Shown here piece by piece: positions 20,010-31,335 of a stretch of DNA of 64,000 nt. Source of the stretch: an uncultured Acidimicrobiia bacterium (lineage in GTDB: Bacteria > Actinomycetota > Acidimicrobiia > Acidimicrobiales > AC-14); contig CAWIIV010000017.1 of assembly GCA_963836205.1 (NCBI GenBank), forward strand, positions 64,001-128,000. The letters are read 5' to 3'. A program made the translations under genes and the position numbers. Positions within the stretch are counted from its first letter, which is position 1; every line of letters begins with the position of its first letter. The notes beneath the pieces were generated by a model. The model saw nothing but the letters and a program-made list of their open reading frames with translations. It had not been told where the DNA came from and ran no database searches.

Positions 20010-20333
20010 TCATCGCCAAGGGCCACCAAGCGTCGTCCCGGTCTCGGGGTCTGTGACGCGATGCACCTCGCTCACCGGGAACCAAGGTTCACGTCTGCCG
20101 TCATCGAGTGCGACAGAGTGTGTCGCCAAGAGGCCAGCGTCGGAAACGATGAGGGTGCCCGTTCGGTCCACCGGAAACCGAAAGCCAGACAGAATCGTCA
20201 CCCTTTGACCATGGAGGGAGCTCAGGACCCTCCAACGGTCACGCTCGTCGAACTTCCACCGTCGCCCAGCGACGGCGGCCCAGACGAGGAGAGGCACCAA
20301 CACCGCCAAGAGGATCCAGCCGCGCACACCCAA
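20010..20333 (-). CDS. hypothetical protein with N-terminal TM (element cargo)
   Basis: 107-aa ORF beginning WILLAVLVPLLVWAAVAG. Confidence 0.55.
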   Translation of the reverse strand: MGVRGWILLAVLVPLLVWAAVAGRRWKFDERDRWRVLSSLHGQRVTILSGFRFPVDRTGTLIVSDAGLLATHSVALDDGRREPWFPVSEVHRVTDPETGTTLGGPWR

Positions 20334-20390
20334 GTTCTACGCTCGGAACCGTTCTCCGAAGGGTTGACCGGGGGCAACCGACGGCATGGC

Positions 20391-20748
20391 TCAGTCGTTA
20401 TCGACGAACAGCAGCAACCGGTCGCCCTTGGACATGAACTCGATAGCCGACAGCGGCAATGACCGCTTGGTCTCCCAGGTCCAACTGGGGTCGAACGCCC
20501 TGCTCTCCAGCTCGCCCCAGCATGCCCTTCGCGTCTCTGGAGCGATCCACTCGAGATCTCGACTCGCCTGCGCTATGGCCACCGCCACGGTGGGATCGCC
20601 GAAATAGCGCCTCAGTGCGCTCGCGATCTAGATCCTCGGCGCGGGGTTCCCAAAGACGGCCGTCGCGATCCCACAGTTTCCAGCCGGCGTTGCGCGCCGA
20701 CGCCCACTGTGGATTGAGAAGCCGGTTGACGTTGCCTTTCTGGCCCAT
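20391..20748 (-). pseudogene. hypothetical cargo gene with probable frameshift near 20603
   Basis: MGQKGN...ERTEALF joins GDPTVAVAIAQ...LLLFVDND if one T of TTT is removed. Confidence 0.4.
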
Positions 20749-20860
20749 GGTCGTCCGAGTCTCGCGCTGGGACGTTTGCGACAGGTGTCCTCCTTCGGCG
20801 GCCAGCAGCCGGGCGAGTGAGGTCAGACGCGCAGGGAGCATCCGCGTCACGGAGATTTCC

Positions 20861-22242
20861 GTGTCTTACGATCCTGTCTCGTGATCTGGGCGGCGGGGGT
20901 TGATCGTGCGGCAGTGCGGGCCTCGGGCACATGGCTGGACGACCGCTTCGGGCCCGGCACCACGCAGGCTGTCCTCGAGGGCCTGGACCGCCGGGCGGTG
21001 GCCGATGACCACCCGGTGGTTTTCGACGAGGGCCAGCCACTGGAGGCGTTGAACGTCTTCCTGCGGGACTCGCCCTACGCGCCCTCGACGGCAACGCAGT
21101 ACGCCGGCGACCTGACGATGCTCGCCCGGTTCCTGGACGCAGGCAGAGGGGTCGGGCTGTTGGAGTGCACCTCGGACGATCTGACCGATTTCCGGCGGGC
21201 CAGGACGGCCGCGGTCAGCAACGTGCGTTGGGAGCGGCAAGCGGCGGTGATCAAGACCTTCTACCGCCGCCAGATGGCGGTGGGCACCATGGCGACATCG
21301 CCGGTGATCCGCTGGCCGGATGCCGACGGCCGGGACGCCCTAGCCGTGCCGATCAACCGACACCGCCTCGTCGCCTACCTCAGTGCCGCCGAGTACCAGC
21401 AGTTCAGACGCCACGGGCTGGCGGCGGCCGGCCAGCGGCCGGGCGCCCGCGACTGCCTCTATGCCGACCTGCTGGTGGAAACGGGGTGCCGGCGGGCGGA
21501 AATCAACCGCCTGTCGTGGCTCGACGTCCCCGACCGACTCCCGGCCGGGAACCCGTTCCTGATCTGGGTGGTCGGCAAGGGCGCCAAGCAACGGCAGGTG
21601 TACATGACCGGGGCGACCCTGCGCCGGCTCATCAATTACCGGTTCGGGGTCCGGGCTGAAGTCGTCGAGGCTCGCCAGGGCCTGCTGGAGCGCCGGGTGG
21701 CCAGCGGCGAGCTGGTGATGTGCGAGGCCGCCTCGCCTGACGGGAGGGGTCGGGCGCGGTTGGCGATCGGGAGTGGCCGGCCCCGGCCCACGGTCGACAT
21801 CGATGAGATCACCCTGCGCCGACTGGTGCTGCGGACCCCGGACGGGACGGTCGACCCGGTGGCGCTGTTCGTCTCCGAGCGGGAGGCTCTGATGCCCCGC
21901 AAGGAGCATTGGAACAAGTCGTTCGCCCAGGCCAACGAGCGTTGCGCGGTCGGCACCAGGAGGCCCGTTGCCGATGCGGGTTCATCCCCATCTCCTTCGA
22001 CACACCTTCGCCGTGCACGCCCTGAGCACCTACATCCGCCGGATCGCCTCCATCCCACAGACGTCGACGGAACGGATCTGGAGGACCCCCGCCTGTTCGT
22101 GCAGCGTCTACTCGGGCACACCAGTCCCACGACCACCGCCCGCTACCTCGAAGCGGCGGTGCGGGAGCGGGGCGAGGTCCTGCCGGCGCTGGCCGAGATG
22201 AGCGAGGCCCTGCTCGGTGATTCCGTGGGCGACGGCCCCTGA
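20861..22242 (+). CDS. tyrosine recombinase A (frameshifted)
   Basis: ETGCRRAEI, GKGAKQR and LLGHTSPTTTARYL are in the main frame; HPHLLRHTFA is in another frame (about 21950-22075); GGAG-GTG at 20861 is out of frame with 20881. Confidence 0.85.
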
Positions 22243-24148
22243 TGCCGAAGCGCTTCGCTCACTCGGAAATCGAGAAGTCACCCGACGATGAGGCAGCCCC
22301 GTCGGTCACCCCGATCGGGCTCATCAAGGTGCATGCGGAGAAGCCGGGTGGTCAGGTGGCTGCCACCACCCTCGACGTGAACCGCTACCGGTGCCGGCGC
22401 CTGGCCCGCGAGCTGGGCGAGGAATGGCAGCGCTGGGCGGGCCTCACCGCCACCCGCTACGGCGGGGTCCGCGATCACTACGAGGCGATCAACGACCTCC
22501 TGCTCTTCTGCGACCGCAGTGCCCCCGAGCCCGACGTCATGGACAGCGCCGGCCTGAGCGTTGATGTGCTCGATCGTTGGGAGGATGACATGGCGGGCCG
22601 CTATTCGGCTCGGTCGGACATCCCCGGCAAGCGCGCCAGTCAGCTGTTCCGATACCTACGAGCCATCGAGGAGCGGACCCCGGGCCGCCTCGATCCCGCC
22701 GTGGTGAAGCGCCTGACACAACCTCCGACCAGGCCGAACAGCGCTTCCTATCGTCCGGTGGCCGACTTCACCAAGGGCGAGCTGGACCGTCTCATCGTCA
22801 CCGCCCGGCGCACCGTCCGCTCCACCGAGCGTCGGATCGCCGAGGGTCGTCGCCTCGTCGCCGAGGGCGGTGATCCCAGGCTGACCGGACCCTGGACGTG
22901 GCCCAACCTGGTGTGGCTGGCGGCCCGGCAGGGGCTGACAGTGGAGCTGATCCGAGCGCACATGCCTCGGTGGTGGGCGCAGTGGGATGAGTCCGTTCGG
23001 GCCGTCTCCTCGGCGGACGAGGGCGGCCGCGGCAAGCTCGGAGCCGTCGTCGCGCTCGCCTACCGCCACGTCTTTCCACATCCCATCGACCTCATGGGGC
23101 ACTTCGTGCTTCTCGCCCTCGACACCGGAGCTGCCCCCGAATCGATCAAGGACCTGACCGTCGACGACGTCGATGGTCGCTGCAGACCGTGTCGTCGAGG
23201 TTCGCCTGACCAACCTCCGGGCCCACCAGGAGACGACCCGGCGCTTCGCCGATCCCGGCCCTGACACTCCCGAGCGGGACCGGCTGAAGGACACGGGGAC
23301 GGTGCTGCGATCCCTCCTCGACGTGACCTCTGCCACCCGATCGGCGTCTGGCCTGGGCCAGCTGTTCGTCGGCGGCATCGTCCATGTCCGCTGGGAGGGC
23401 GTCCGGCTCGGCCTGATCAATTGGAACAACTTCCCGTTGAAGCAGTGGATCGTGGACAACGACCTTGATCGCCCCGCCACCAGCACCAGGCACAAGGGCT
23501 CCGGTGAGCTCACCCTCGAGCTGCCGGCGCTGTCCAAGCCCTGGGACCTGCGCCGGCTTCGCAAGTCGACCCTCGCTCACCAGGCGCTCCACCATCCCAA
23601 CGAGATGGCGATGTGGCGCGACAACACCCTGGCCGTGTTCCAGGACCACTACGTCGTGGGTTCGACGGTGCTGATGACCCATCTCGGCCAGCTCGTCACC
23701 CGAGCGGCGGATTCGCTGGCGGAGGGCGTGCGACGGTCGGCGGGCTACACCGTCATCCACCTGTCGGCCCAGCCGGCGCTGCACGCAGGGTCGGAGGAGG
23801 TCGCCGCAGTGCTCAGGGTCGGTGTCCACGACCTCGGTCGCCTCGCCGAGGGCCAGCTCGACGTCGACGGCGGGATCGCCGCCTGCAAGAACGCACACGC
23901 CTCGCCCTTCGCCGGACCCGGCGAGTTGTGCCGGGCGGCGAAGATGGGCCTGTGCCTCACCTGCCCCAACGCCGTCTTCACCGTCGAGCATCGAGCCGGG
24001 CTTCGCCGCTTTGACGAGGAGGTCATCGAGAATCACCGGCGCCACCTCGCTCCGCCGGCCTTCGCCCAGCGGTGGCTGCCGATTCGGCTCCTGGCGCGCG
24101 ACGTCCTCGCCCAGCTCGACGACGTCCGCGCCGGTGCCGTCGAGGTGA
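22242..24148 (+). CDS. divergent recombinase-like protein B with Cys-rich C-terminus (frameshift near 23170)
   Basis: LALDTGAAPESIKDL, DLRRLRKS, QDHY, then CKNAHASPF...LC...CLTCPNA; end inferred at the GTGA at 24145-24148. Confidence 0.6.
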
Positions 24149-26233
24149 CGAGCCTCGCAGCGCACGCCGAGGCTCCACGGCCGTCGCGGTGGGCGGCCGA
24201 CACCCCCATCTACCCCGGTGGCCAGGCGCAGTTCGGTGAGCTGATCTGGGATCTCAACGATCAGCGCCACAACGTCAACCGAGACGCGTCCCATTTCGTC
24301 TGCCGGTTCGACAAGCTTCCCGAGAGCTGGCAGCTGCTCGCCCGCGAGATATGCATGTGCCAGGTGGACGTTCGCACGGTCCGCTGCGAGCTGGGCATCC
24401 TCCGTCGCCAGCCGGCGGCCCCGAGAACGATGTGCGAGCTGACTATCCGCATCCGGACAATGGCCCAATGGTCGACGGCATCCGGGCTGGGCCCGCCGTC
24501 GACCTGGGACCAGGGCGACTGCGACGGCTACGTCCGCCACGTCGCCGGTCGGCAGGGCCATCAGAGGAGCATCCAGCAGGCCGCCGAGCTGGTCCGATTG
24601 CTGTGGTCGCTGGGGCCGCTCCTCACTGACGGGGGCCTTGGTTTCGAGCCCTGGCCAGGCGTGGCCACCCCCGACGTCATCAAGCTCCTCGGCTTCAGCC
24701 CAGCCACCTTGGCGCCCGGCTGCGCCACGCCGGTGCTTCCTCTCGAGGCGTTCGTGCCGGTCATGACCGCCGCCTTCGCGTACTCAGAAGTCTTCGCCGA
24801 CGACATCCTCGCCGCCTGGCAGATGCGAGAGCTCGGTGACCCCAACCTCGGCGCCAAGGGGCCACGGGCGTTGGATCTCATCCGTTCATGGGCGGCCGAG
24901 CCCGATAGTCGGGTGCCTCTCCTGGGCGAAGCTGCGGCTCAAGAGGCGACCCGGCGCCCAGGCTGCTCGAACATCGGTCCTGGGGACCCCAACTGGTCAA
25001 TGGTCGCCCGCCTGACCGGCGTCCAGGTGAAGGCGTTCATGCCCAGCTACGCGTTAGCACCCCAAACCCGGGCCGTGGTCCAGGGGATGGTCGATGACGG
25101 CCGGATCATCGCCGGCGGCTTCTACGCCCCTACTGCCCGGATCGAATGCGCCGCCGGGTCGTTCCGACCCTGGCGGCCCGCCTACTCGACCTTCAAAGAG
25201 GTCCGAGTCGATCTGGCGGATGCTGCGCTCCGCCGCCGCCATCGTGCTCCTCGCCCTCACCGGCATGCGAGATTCGGAGTGCCAGGATCTCCAGCGCGAC
25301 GCGATCCACGAGCACTACGGGTCACAGGCGCTGCGGACGCATCGCTTCAAGCAACGGTTCGGTGCCGAGCCGGTGTCATGGTGGGTGTCGGACGAGGCCC
25401 TCAACGCCTACCGGGTGCTCGAGCAGCTCTCCGAGCACCCCACCCATGTCATCGCCTCGCTCTCGACGCTGGAGGGCACCCTGCGCGCCGGGGCTCGGAT
25501 GCGATTCGGACCATTCGTCCAACAGGTCAACGCCAACCGGATCCACACGGGTTTGCCCGAGATCCCGGCTATGGAGCAGTTCTCGCCCCAGGTGCTACGG
25601 GAGACCTTCGCCTACTACCTCGGTCGCTCCCATGAGCTCGGCGACATCATCACCGGCTACCAATTCGGCCATGCCAAGGCGACCGTCACCGCCGCCTACC
25701 AGCGTTACCGGCCGGAGGACTCCTGGAACGAGGCCTTCCGGCGGGGCAAGCTCGACGGGGAGGTCGCCCTGCTCAACAGCCTGGCCGACTTCACCGGCGA
25801 ACCCGGCTCGGTCGTCGGCCGCCACGGTGACGAGCTCCGTTCGGACGCCTTGGAGCTGAGGGCCACAATCCTCACAGACCCCGCCGCTGCCCGGCGCATC
25901 GCCGCCCACCACGCCGAGACCTGGCACCACGGTGACACCCTCAGCTGCCGGTTCGATCGGTCGACTGCGGTGTGCCACAAGATGGCTGCAGCGGCCGGCA
26001 TCAACGACCCTGCCGACGGCCCGCTGCACGATCTGTGCATAGGCAGCGGCTGCGTCAACGTCCACTTCACCAGCCGCAACCTCACCGCTCTTGAACGTCA
26101 GCGGACTGACATCGCCGCTCGCCTGGCCGCGGCGACGGGCGGCTCAGTCGCCCAGATTCAAGCCCAAGAGGAACTCACCCGGGTCAACGAGATCATCGCC
26201 CAGCTCCAGCCCGGGACCAGCAAGGAGGACTGA
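24145..26233 (+). CDS. large tyrosine recombinase C (frameshift near 25215)
   Basis: LTGMRDSE, PQVLRETFA, QFGH...TAAY, Cys-rich tail (SC..AVC..LC..GCVN). Confidence 0.75.
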
Positions 26234-26661
26234 TGGCGAGACCGAAAACGGGAATCGATCCCACCACCGAGCGGTCGATCCAGGAGGCCATCGCCCGTCT
26301 GGCCGCCGACCCGGCACTGCCCCGCACCAGAGCCCACCTCGCCACCCTCGCCGGTGTCGGCCGGGCAACGATCTACCGAGGCTTCGAGCACCGCCCCCAC
26401 CTGCGGGAAGCGTTCGCACGGCTCGTCGGCGAGGAACCTGCCCCGACGAAGGACACCGCCGACGAAAGCCTCGTGCGGGAGCTGCGCAAGGACAATCGAG
26501 AGCTCCGCAGGCTCCTCGATGCAACCGCCACCACCATCGAGCACCTCTTGCGCGAGAATGCTGCCCTCCGGGCGCGGCAACAGGTGGCATTTGCTGATCG
26601 ATCGACGCCAGAGGACCTGTCGAATGCCTCGGTCTGCACCAAAGGCGCTGGGATGCGGTAA
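26233..26661 (+). CDS. TnpC-like small HTH/coiled-coil protein
   Basis: LATLAGVGRATIY HTH then a coiled coil; TGATG coupling and AAGGAGG RBS; position mirrors Tn554 tnpC. Confidence 0.7.
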   Translation: MARPKTGIDPTTERSIQEAIARLAADPALPRTRAHLATLAGVGRATIYRGFEHRPHLREAFARLVGEEPAPTKDTADESLVRELRKDNRELRRLLDATATTIEHLLRENAALRARQQVAFADRSTPEDLSNASVCTKGAGMR

Positions 26662-26671
26662 CAGTTGAGCG

Positions 26672-27220
26672 GTGGACTGGTGGAGAAAGCTTGATGATCT
26701 CGACCGGCGCTTCGGGGCCCGAGCGGCCCACACGACTGACTGGGAGGAGCGTCGGGTCGTTGCCCGGCGATTCCCGCTGCGGCTGACCGCTCTATCGGTG
26801 TCGCTCGTTGTCGTGCCAGCGATGGCCATCCTTCTCTTCCAAACAGTGCGGAACCAGCTAGAGGACAACCGCGTCCGGGCAGCGCTCGATCGGGACGGCG
26901 GGCTGGCGGTCGGCACCGCCACCGACTTCAAGGGTCCTAACCGCTGGAACGTCTTCCCTGACGTGATGCGCGTCGAGTTCACGACGGACACGGGACAGGC
27001 GGTCAGGGCGTCGGTGCCAGTGAGCCACCTCCCTGAGCAGAAAGGTGCGCGCGTCGAGGTCCGCTATGTGCGCACCACCCCTTCGGTCGCTCGAGTGCCA
27101 GGCGACGAGACGCCTCATCGCGGCCGGTGGATCCTCATCGCTGTCGCAGGACCCGTGTTTTCGGTCCTGTTCGTCGCGTTCATGGCGTTGACGGGCGGGC
27201 GCTCCCAAGGCCTCGCCTGA
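26672..27220 (+). CDS. membrane protein with two TMs around a beta-rich domain (DUF3592-like; element cargo)
   Basis: TM, VEFTTDTG...VEVRY..., TM. Confidence 0.6.
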   Translation: MDWWRKLDDLDRRFGARAAHTTDWEERRVVARRFPLRLTALSVSLVVVPAMAILLFQTVRNQLEDNRVRAALDRDGGLAVGTATDFKGPNRWNVFPDVMRVEFTTDTGQAVRASVPVSHLPEQKGARVEVRYVRTTPSVARVPGDETPHRGRWILIAVAGPVFSVLFVAFMALTGGRSQGLA

Positions 27221-27236
27221 GGGGCCATGACGGGCG

Positions 27237-27887
27237 CTAATCCGAGAGAGTAAATGGTTCTTGATCCGGCACCAGGCTACGAAACAGGCCGCAGTAGCCG
27301 TTGGGGTTGGCGGCCAGGTACTGCTGGTGGTAGTCCTCGCCGTAGTAGAAGGCGGGCGCTTCCCGGATCTCGGTGGTGATCTCGCCGAGGCCGGCCGCGG
27401 TCAGGCGCTCCTGGAACATGTCGCGGGACTCGTGAGCCGCCTTGAGCTGGTCCTCCGAAGTGGCGTAGATGGCGGACCGGTACTGGGTGCCGACGTCGTT
27501 GCCCTGGCGCATCCCCTGGGTGGGATCATGGGACTCCCAGAAGACCTTGAGCATGTCGGCGTAGGTGGTACGGGCGGGGTCGAAGACGACCAGGACCGCC
27601 TCGGTGTGCCCGGTGCGGCCGGAGCACACCTCCTGGTACGTGGGGTTGGGCGTGAAGCCGCCGGCGTAGCCCACGGCGGTCGTGTACACGCCGTCCGCCT
27701 GCCAGAACTTGCGCTCGGCGCCCCAGAAGCACCCCATGCCGAAGATGGCCGTCTGGAACCCGTCCGGAAACGGTGGCCGGAGGGGGGCGTCCTTCACCAG
27801 ATGGCGGGCGGGCACCGGCATCTCGGTGGTGCGGCCGGGCAAGGCCTCGGCCTCGGGGGTCATCCGCGTCTTCTGCCTCGAGAACAT
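27237..27887 (-). CDS. msrA: peptide-methionine (S)-S-oxide reductase with element-derived C-terminus
   Basis: [31 protein letters not shown]...GYCGL, then foreign [15 protein letters not shown]. Confidence 0.95.
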   Translation of the reverse strand: MFSRQKTRMTPEAEALPGRTTEMPVPARHLVKDAPLRPPFPDGFQTAIFGMGCFWGAERKFWQADGVYTTAVGYAGGFTPNPTYQEVCSGRTGHTEAVLVVFDPARTTYADMLKVFWESHDPTQGMRQGNDVGTQYRSAIYATSEDQLKAAHESRDMFQERLTAAGLGEITTEIREAPAFYYGEDYHQQYLAANPNGYCGLFRSLVPDQEPFTLSD

Positions 27888-28167
27888 CGAACAAGTATGC
27901 CGGGCTCCCGTGGTTATGGAGGGGCCGCGCGCAGGCACGTCGCCGACGGTCTCGTGGGCCGTCGATCCAGCGCCAACTCGCACCTCGATCCGGCACGACG
28001 ATTTGGTGATCCGAAGGATTCGTGCATCCGAATCGTCGTAATTCGGCACATTTCAGCCTGTTTCACAGCGATTTGAGTGATCCAACTGCCGGTGGCTGCG
28101 GCGCAAACGCAGGACGGCCGCCGAGGACCGCGTTTCAGTTTGTGAACGGGGGGTTAGGAACCGAGCC

Positions 28168-29430
28168 GTGACCACGGGGTGGGGTCCGAAGCGACACCGC
28201 CTGGTTGCCGCCGCCCTCGCCCTGGTGACCGCCGCGTGTGGCGGGGGAGGTGACGGCGGAAGCGGAGGGACACCGACCCTCAAGTTCTACGTGTTCAAGG
28301 AGCCGGGTGGGGCCTTCGCCCAGGCGGCCCAGACGTGCACCGAGCAGGCCGGCGGGCGGTACCGGGTGGTGCTGGCCGACCTTCCGCCTAGCGCCGACCA
28401 GCAGCGGGAGCAGCTCGTCCGGCGCCTGGCCGCGGGCGACAAGGACATCGACATCATGGGCATGGACGTCATCTGGACGGCCGAGTTCGCCGAGGCCGGG
28501 TGGCTGCTCCCGTGGGAGGGCGACGCCGCGACCAAGGCCACCGACGGCACCATCCCCGCCACCATCCAGACCGGCACTTACGACGGCAAGCTCTACGCCG
28601 CCCCCTACACCACCAACACCCAGCTCCTCTGGTACCGGAAGGACCGGGTGCCGACACCGCCGACCACGTGGGCGGAGATGGTCGACATGGCCGAGAAGAT
28701 CGGCGACGGCGGGCGCATCCAGGTCCAGGGCAACCGCTACGAGGGACTCACCGTGTGGTTCAACTCCCTCCTGGCGTCGGCCAAGGGCAGCGTCCTCAAG
28801 GCGCCCGACGAGGTCGACCTGGCCACCGAGCCCACCACCAAGGCGCTGGAGGTGATCCGGCGGGTGGCCACGTCCCCCGCCGCCGACCCGACCCTGTCGA
28901 CCGCCCAGGAGGACCAGGGCCGCCTCGCGTTCGAGTCGGGCAGCTCCGCCTTCATGGTCAACTACACCTTCGTCTGGCCCAGCGCCCAGAAGAACGCCCC
29001 CGACGTGGCCGCCAACATGGGCTGGGCGCCCTACCCCCGGGTGCTGCCCGACGAGCCCGCCCACGTCACCCTGGGCGGGATCAACCTGGGCGTGGCGTCG
29101 ACCTCGCGCCACCCCGACCTCGCCCTCGAAGCCGCCGCCTGCCTGCGCTCCGCCCCCAACCAGATCGTCGCCACCGAGAAGGGTGGGCTCGCCCCCACCA
29201 CCGAGTCGCTCTACGACGACCCCCAGGTGCGCGCCGCCTTCCCCTTCGCCGACCTGTTCCGGGAGACGATCCAGCAGGGGTCGGCCCGGCCCCAGAGCCC
29301 GGCGTACAACGACATCTCCCTCGCCATCCAGCGCAACCTCCACCCGCCCCGGGGCGTGAAGCCGGCCGACGACGTGAAGCCCCTCCGCACCGCCATCGAG
29401 AAGGCCCTCAAGTCGGGCGGGCTCCTCTGA
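28168..29430 (+). CDS. sugar ABC transporter substrate-binding lipoprotein (LpqY-like)
   Basis: Lipobox TAAC, MDVIWTAEFA, NTQLLWYRKD, YEGLTVWFN. Confidence 0.9.
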   Translation: MTTGWGPKRHRLVAAALALVTAACGGGGDGGSGGTPTLKFYVFKEPGGAFAQAAQTCTEQAGGRYRVVLADLPPSADQQREQLVRRLAAGDKDIDIMGMDVIWTAEFAEAGWLLPWEGDAATKATDGTIPATIQTGTYDGKLYAAPYTTNTQLLWYRKDRVPTPPTTWAEMVDMAEKIGDGGRIQVQGNRYEGLTVWFNSLLASAKGSVLKAPDEVDLATEPTTKALEVIRRVATSPAADPTLSTAQEDQGRLAFESGSSAFMVNYTFVWPSAQKNAPDVAANMGWAPYPRVLPDEPAHVTLGGINLGVASTSRHPDLALEAAACLRSAPNQIVATEKGGLAPTTESLYDDPQVRAAFPFADLFRETIQQGSARPQSPAYNDISLAIQRNLHPPRGVKPADDVKPLRTAIEKALKSGGLL

Positions 29431-29431
29431 C

Positions 29432-30388
29432 GTGACGACCACGGTCCCCCCCGCCACCCGCCCCCTCGACGTCGAGCCGCCCGAACCGGCCCGTCGTGGC
29501 GGGCATCGCAGCATGCGAGCCCGGTCCGAGCGCCGCCTGGGATGGATGTTGTGCGCCCCCGCGGTGATCGTCATGCTGCTGGTCACCGCCTACCCGATCG
29601 TCTACGCCATCGTCCTTTCGCTCCAGCGCTACGACCTGCGCTTCCCCGACCAGGCCCAGTTCGTGGGCCTCCGGAACTACACCGACGTCCTCACGTCGAG
29701 CCTGTGGTGGTCCGACCTGGCCACCACCCTGGTGATCACCGCCGTCTCGGTGGCCATCGAGCTCGTCCTGGGCATGGGCCTGGCCCTGCTCATGCACAAG
29801 GCCGTCTTCGGCCGGCGGACGGTGCGGGCGGCCATCCTCATCCCCTACGGCATCGTCACCGTGGTCGCCGCCCTGGCCTGGCGGTTCGCCTTCGACCCCA
29901 CCACCGGGTTCGTGAACGAGCTGCTCAACACCGACCGGTCGTGGTTCGCGGAGCGGGCGGCGTCGCTGTTCGTGATCATCATCACCGAGGTCTGGAAGAC
30001 GACGCCGTTCATGGCCCTGCTCCTTCTCGCCGGCCTCACCCTCGTGCCCGAGGACCTCCATCGGGCGGCCCGCGTCGACGGGGCCACCACCTGGCAGCGC
30101 TTCACCAAGATCACCCTGCCCCTGATGAAGCCGGCCATCCTCGTCGCCGTCCTCTTCCGCACCCTCGACGCCTTCCGCATCTTCGACTCGGTCTTCGTGA
30201 TGACGGCGGGGGCCAACGGCACCGAGACGCTGTCGATCCTCGGGTCGAACCAGCTCTTCAACCGGCTCAACCTGGGGATCGGCTCCGCGGTATCGGTGCT
30301 GATCTTCCTGTGCGTGATCGTGATCGCAGTGCTGTTCGTGAAGGGGTTCGGGGCCTCGCTGGCCCAGCAACGGGGGGAACGCCGGTGA
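29432..30388 (+). CDS. sugar ABC transporter permease (SugA-like)
   Basis: [15 protein letters not shown]; EAA-like loop RAARVDGA. Confidence 0.92.
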   Translation: MTTTVPPATRPLDVEPPEPARRGGHRSMRARSERRLGWMLCAPAVIVMLLVTAYPIVYAIVLSLQRYDLRFPDQAQFVGLRNYTDVLTSSLWWSDLATTLVITAVSVAIELVLGMGLALLMHKAVFGRRTVRAAILIPYGIVTVVAALAWRFAFDPTTGFVNELLNTDRSWFAERAASLFVIIITEVWKTTPFMALLLLAGLTLVPEDLHRAARVDGATTWQRFTKITLPLMKPAILVAVLFRTLDAFRIFDSVFVMTAGANGTETLSILGSNQLFNRLNLGIGSAVSVLIFLCVIVIAVLFVKGFGASLAQQRGERR

Positions 30389-31215
30389 ACCGGACCAAGG
30401 TGGACAAGGCGTTCTGGGCCGCGGGCACGGTGATCGTCGTGCTCTACGCCCTGGTCCCGGTGGCCTGGATCGCGTCCCTGTCGCTCAAGCGGTCGACCGA
30501 CCTCACCGACCACAGGTTCGTCCCCCGGTCGTTCACCCTGGAGAACTACCGCAACATCTTCGACGACGGGCAGTTCACCGCCGCCCTCCGCAACTCGATC
30601 GGCATCGCCCTCATCGCCACCGTGCTGGCGGTGGGCCTGGCCATGTTCGCCGCCTACGCCATCGTCCGCCTCGACTTCCCGGGCAAGACGGTGGTGCTCT
30701 CGGGCGCCCTCGCCATCGCCATGTTCCCGCCCATCTCCATCGTCGGCCCGCTGTTCAACATGTGGCGGTCGCTCCACCTCTACGACACCTGGCCGGGGCT
30801 GATCATCCCCTACATGACCTTCACCCTCCCGCTGGCGATCTGGACCCTGTCCGCCTTCTTCCGGGAGATCCCGTGGGACCTCGACAAGGCGGCCCGGGTC
30901 GACGGGGCCACCCCGTTCCAGGCCTTCACCAAGGTGATCGCCCCCCTCGCCGCGCCGGGCGTGTTCACCGCCGCCATCCTCGTGTTCATCTTCGCCTGGA
31001 ACGACTTCCTGTTCGCCATCTCCCTCACCTCCACCGACCGGGCCCGCACCGTGCCCGCGGCGCTCGCCTTCTTCAGCGGCGAGTCCCAGTTCGCCCAGCC
31101 CACCGGTTCGATCGCCGCCGCCGCGGTGGTCGTCACCATCCCCATCATCGTCATGGTCCTTGTCTTCCAGCGCCGGATCGTGGCCGGGCTCACGACCGGC
31201 GCGGTCAAGGGCTGA
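30385..31215 (+). CDS. sugar ABC transporter permease (SugB-like)
   Basis: [16 protein letters not shown]; GTG start overlaps the previous stop. Confidence 0.92.
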   Translation: MNRTKVDKAFWAAGTVIVVLYALVPVAWIASLSLKRSTDLTDHRFVPRSFTLENYRNIFDDGQFTAALRNSIGIALIATVLAVGLAMFAAYAIVRLDFPGKTVVLSGALAIAMFPPISIVGPLFNMWRSLHLYDTWPGLIIPYMTFTLPLAIWTLSAFFREIPWDLDKAARVDGATPFQAFTKVIAPLAAPGVFTAAILVFIFAWNDFLFAISLTSTDRARTVPAALAFFSGESQFAQPTGSIAAAAVVVTIPIIVMVLVFQRRIVAGLTTGAVKG

Positions 31216-31335
31216 GGAGGAGGTTCGCCCAATGAGCGAGCATGCGAGCGAATCAATGTGGAGCGCCTGCGACGGCCGAAGGCCGGCGCACGCCGAGGGT
31301 TTCGTCAGCGCAGCGTCCGTCAGGATGGTGCGCTG

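Larger units (their letters stand above)
19492..27284. mobile_element. 7.8-kb tyrosine-recombinase element (Tn554/RIT-like) inserted in msrA
   Basis: Direct repeats CAGGCC at 19486-19491 and 27285-27290; ends TTTCGT...ACGAAA are inverted; interrupts msrA; encodes three Y-recombinase-like genes and a TnpC-like gene. Confidence 0.9.

Noticed and set aside
23173-25635. Single 820-aa protein as listed in the ORF track
   Set aside because: Looks like a chimera of gene B's C-terminus and gene C's N-terminus produced by frameshifts; gene C's catalytic motifs continue in another frame.
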